From IMG/VR virus record IMGVR_UViG_3300028844_004552, positions 1 through 64,000 of that record: 64,000 nt of DNA. One strand, written 5' to 3'. The position numbers and the translations under genes were made by a program. The notes under the pieces are model-generated. The model had not been told where the DNA came from. It saw only the letters and a list, made by a program, of their open reading frames with translations, and searched no databases. The stretch comes from a virus. Positions 61,127 through 64,000 of the stretch are shown here, piece after piece (positions within the stretch are counted from its first letter, which is position 1; each line of letters begins with the position of its first letter).

Positions 61127-61718
61127 GGATTTAGCAAAAACTATTCTTGACATTGTTAACACTGAAACGAATGACTATGATGCCATTGATAAGGTTATAG
61201 AAATTCTTGATGGTTATAGTATTATATCTAAAGTAGAAGAAAACGCTAAAATGTTAATGGAGAATTGTGCGTGGACTCTTAGATGGGATTACAATGGGTT
61301 AGAGCAATATAAGGTAAAGGATATTACTATTTTTCAAAAGGAATGGAACCAAACATTGATTACTAAGATTAATCAAATTTCTGCACAAATATCCCAAGCA
61401 ACATTAACTGGTCCAGCTAAGATAATAAAAACACACCCACACTTAAAAAAGTTATTTGAGACTTTAGAGTATTATAAGGATGGTGATATACTTGGTCGAT
61501 ACATGGTTGAGTATGATGAAAATCTATACTTAAATGAAGTATTTATCTATCAATCAACATGGAATAAGGTTAAATCGATTCCTAAGACAACTGTAGGTAT
61601 TGCTGATGGTGAGATGGCTACCGTAACATTCATACCTACAAGTGATTTTACTATCGATGAGAACACAGAATTCAACTCTAAATTAATTGGTTGTATAATA
61701 GTAGATAATTATGAGTGA
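61116..61718 (+). CDS. truncated, divergent major capsid protein (gp23-like) paralog
   Basis: AWTLRWDYNG..QKEWNQTLITKINQISAQISQATLTG..FETLEY..LGRYMVEYD resembles the central region of gp23-type capsid proteins. Confidence 0.6.
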   Translation: MENRDLAKTILDIVNTETNDYDAIDKVIEILDGYSIISKVEENAKMLMENCAWTLRWDYNGLEQYKVKDITIFQKEWNQTLITKINQISAQISQATLTGPAKIIKTHPHLKKLFETLEYYKDGDILGRYMVEYDENLYLNEVFIYQSTWNKVKSIPKTTVGIADGEMATVTFIPTSDFTIDENTEFNSKLIGCIIVDNYE

Positions 61719-61881
61719 TAAGAATCAGAAGGAACATCAATTACTGGCTCTACTCTATAGAGTTGACGAATTACTACTTGAGCTACGTGCTGGTGGTAAA
61801 GATAGTGAAGATTACAAGCGACTTGGTATTATTATAAAGAACTTGGAGAATTATCTTCAAGATGAACAAGACTTAAGTTAG
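61711..61881 (+). CDS. small hypothetical protein (56 aa, absent from the ORF track)
   Basis: ATGAGTGA overlap with the upstream stop; MSDKNQKEHQLLALLYRVDELLLELR... Confidence 0.55.
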   Translation: MSDKNQKEHQLLALLYRVDELLLELRAGGKDSEDYKRLGIIIKNLENYLQDEQDLS

Positions 61882-62540
61882 GGTTTTGTAGAAGTTCTAC
61901 GAATCTTTTCTATTGACCAATCCGTATTTTCTAGAATTACATCATACATCCTTGATACGGTAGCTGGACTAGCAGTACCCATAAAGATAAGACTCTTGAC
62001 ACTATTCTTCTTTGCGGCATCATGCAATGCATGGTGAAGTCTTTGAGCATCACGCTTATTCTTACAAACAACCATATTAAACTCTTCCTCACTGTGAATC
62101 AATAACTTATTGTGTACAACAATAATTTGCTTTGCATACTTAGCTCTATGAGCACCCTTCATTAGTGGTCTCATTATATCTGCTATGGTTTTTCTATCGT
62201 GTATTGGGTTGTGACCATACAACCAGAATGTTTCTTCGTAGTTGTATTCACATGAAGCTAATACTGTCCATATCCCGAATAGGGTTTTTTCTTTGTATAC
62301 ACGCCCGTAATCATCTCGGAGTGTTCTTTCCTTGTCTTCTTCCTCAAAGTCCTTTACAACGCATATTTTGTACGTTACGGGGCGAATTCCGTTGCTATTG
62401 ATATACTTCCTAGGGAAGATAACACTTTCATTCTCCAGTTTAATGGATTGATAGTTAATAAAAGAGGTATCTTTCGTCTTACAACGATGAATTGTCTTCT
62501 TATACTCTCCATTTCTCAATAAAATGACTCTATATACCAT
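61878..62540 (-). CDS. hypothetical basic phage protein
   Basis: 220-aa minus-strand ORF; CGTATATTTA upstream on the minus strand. Confidence 0.7.
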   Translation of the reverse strand: MVYRVILLRNGEYKKTIHRCKTKDTSFINYQSIKLENESVIFPRKYINSNGIRPVTYKICVVKDFEEEDKERTLRDDYGRVYKEKTLFGIWTVLASCEYNYEETFWLYGHNPIHDRKTIADIMRPLMKGAHRAKYAKQIIVVHNKLLIHSEEEFNMVVCKNKRDAQRLHHALHDAAKKNSVKSLIFMGTASPATVSRMYDVILENTDWSIEKIRRTSTKP

Positions 62541-62594
62541 GTTAGTCTTTATTTATTCCTTAAATATACGTAAATTAAAAAAAAGATAAACTGC

Positions 62595-63623
62595 ATGGCG
62601 AAAAGAGATTATTATGAAGTATTAGGTGTAAGTAAAACTGCATCAGAAAAGGAAATTAAAAAAGCTTATAGAACAATAGCTAAGGAGAATCATCCAGACG
62701 TTAAACCAGACGACAAAGCAGCTGAGGAAGTATTCAGAGAAGCCGCAGAAGCCTACGAAACCTTAAGTGATAAGGATAAGAAGAATAACTATGATAGATT
62801 CGGTCACCAAGGTGCTCAGAGAGTTAAGGGTAGGCAAGACATGGAAGATATGATGCGTGAGATGTTCGGCAACCAACGACAACAAGTTAGGAAGGGTGAA
62901 AGTCTTAGATTGAATCTTAAGATGTCACTTGAAGAAATGTTTAGTGGTGCTAAAAAAACATTAAAGTATGCTAAACAAGTTGTTTGTAAACCTTGTAATG
63001 GTAAGGGTGGTCATAACGTAAAAGGTTGTGGTGTCTGCAAGGGTTCTGGAATGATGTTTAGAAACATAAGGATGGGTAACCAAATGTTTCAAGAACAAAG
63101 TACATGTCAAAGCTGTAGAGGTACTGGTGAGATGATATCAGATATATGTAAGAACTGTAAGGGTGCTAAAACGATTAGTAAAACAAACACACTTGAAGTT
63201 GACATACCATCTGGAGTTATGGATGGAATGCAAATAATATCCGAAGGTGGTGGTCATGAAACACCTAATGGTCACAATGGTGATGTAATGGTTGTATTAA
63301 CACAATTATCTCACAACACATTTATTAGAAGTGGTAATGACTTGAAGGTTAATTTAAAATTAAGTTATACACAATTAGTATTAGGTGATAAGATTGAGAT
63401 TGAAACCATAGAGGGTGGTAAGATACGAGCAACTATTCCACCATATAGCAATGTTGATGATAATCTTAGAATTCCTAACAAGGGAATGAATATTTTACAT
63501 TCAAATGGACAGCGAGGTGATATGATAATAATTCTAAGTGTCTCAGTACCAACAGAAGTGAGTGATGAGGAAAAAGAATTGCTAGAAAAATTACAGGATA
63601 TCCAAAATAAGGTTGCACAGTAA
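62595..63623 (+). CDS. dnaJ: DnaJ co-chaperone
   Basis: RDYYEVLGV, HPD, four CxxCxGxG-type repeats and the C-terminal DnaJ domain. Confidence 0.93.
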   Translation: MAKRDYYEVLGVSKTASEKEIKKAYRTIAKENHPDVKPDDKAAEEVFREAAEAYETLSDKDKKNNYDRFGHQGAQRVKGRQDMEDMMREMFGNQRQQVRKGESLRLNLKMSLEEMFSGAKKTLKYAKQVVCKPCNGKGGHNVKGCGVCKGSGMMFRNIRMGNQMFQEQSTCQSCRGTGEMISDICKNCKGAKTISKTNTLEVDIPSGVMDGMQIISEGGGHETPNGHNGDVMVVLTQLSHNTFIRSGNDLKVNLKLSYTQLVLGDKIEIETIEGGKIRATIPPYSNVDDNLRIPNKGMNILHSNGQRGDMIIILSVSVPTEVSDEEKELLEKLQDIQNKVAQ

Positions 63624-63675
63624 GCATATTAGGTGTATATTTGTAATCTAATATTTAAAACAAAAAAGAAAAATT

Positions 63676-64000
63676 ATGGCAAAATTCGAAGAACCATTTG
63701 ACAGTACAAAATCAGTATTCAAAACAGTTATTGATTTTACAGAGTTAGACAAAGTATTAACTTTTGATATCATCACTAACAACAAACTTAGGGAAATTTT
63801 CAAGGTAGCGAAGACCAACGATTACGAAAAACACAGAACTGGTGTTGATATTAAAATCTTTATCAATGAAGAGGTATTTGAAATGCTTGACGAGGTTCAA
63901 CAAATGATAATTGTGGAAGAAGCATTAGCATATGTTGAATACAACTATGAAAAGGATACGGTTAAGATTAACAAACCAGATGTTATGGGTCACTCTGGAG
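63676..64000 (+). CDS. 3'-truncated hypothetical protein, possibly phage metallopeptidase-like
   Basis: MAKFEEPF..DIKIFINEEVFEMLDEVQQMIIVEEAL..KINKPDV; TATATTTG promoter at 63636; no intact HExxH. Confidence 0.5.
   Translation, partial: MAKFEEPFDSTKSVFKTVIDFTELDKVLTFDIITNNKLREIFKVAKTNDYEKHRTGVDIKIFINEEVFEMLDEVQQMIIVEEALAYVEYNYEKDTVKINKPDVMGHSG

Noticed and set aside
2117-62401. Many short antisense and alternate-frame ORFs in the track (e.g. 44155..44724, 57733..58251)
   Set aside because: They are shadows of the real genes, with Ser/Leu/Phe-rich compositions expected from reverse-complement codon bias.
1-64000. Genome-wide stop codon reassignment (TGA or TAG)
   Set aside because: Genes are long and intact under code 11. 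TGA (34546, 56121, 61718) and TAG (1817, 45704, 61126) end genes at sensible boundaries, and only one internal TGA was seen.

Overview
This is an AT-rich, densely coding and almost entirely + strand segment of a large T4-like (myovirus-type) phage genome. The host is most likely Bacteroidota: TAnnTTTG promoters recur, and the window carries an Hc1-like protein, SprB-like repeats and a Bacteroidota-style lipoprotein. Gene order is: the C-terminus of an M15-peptidase/alpha-beta-hydrolase protein; a replication and recombination block (gp32-like SSB, UvsX/RecA, 5'-3' flap exonuclease, DnaB-like helicase, class II RNR); a ~23 kb baseplate/tail-fibre block (10.5-33.9 kb); RuvC-like resolvase, primase, PD-(D/E)XK nuclease, Mre11/Rad50 (gp47/gp46) and a sigma70-type factor; a lysis-like cluster; acidic putative head proteins; endolysin; RNase HII; a TROVE/Ro60-like vWA protein followed by a candidate structured ncRNA; and DnaJ. 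The most interesting items are (1) the Ro60-like gene plus a ~180-nt end-paired RNA, (2) degenerate stand-alone paralogs of the major capsid protein and the tail tube protein, (3) a GNAT protein with a head-protein-like N-terminus, and (4) three local lesions: an in-frame TGA at 30647, a frame break near 26570 and a probable region-3 deletion in the sigma factor. All family assignments come from motif recognition by eye; no database searches were run.
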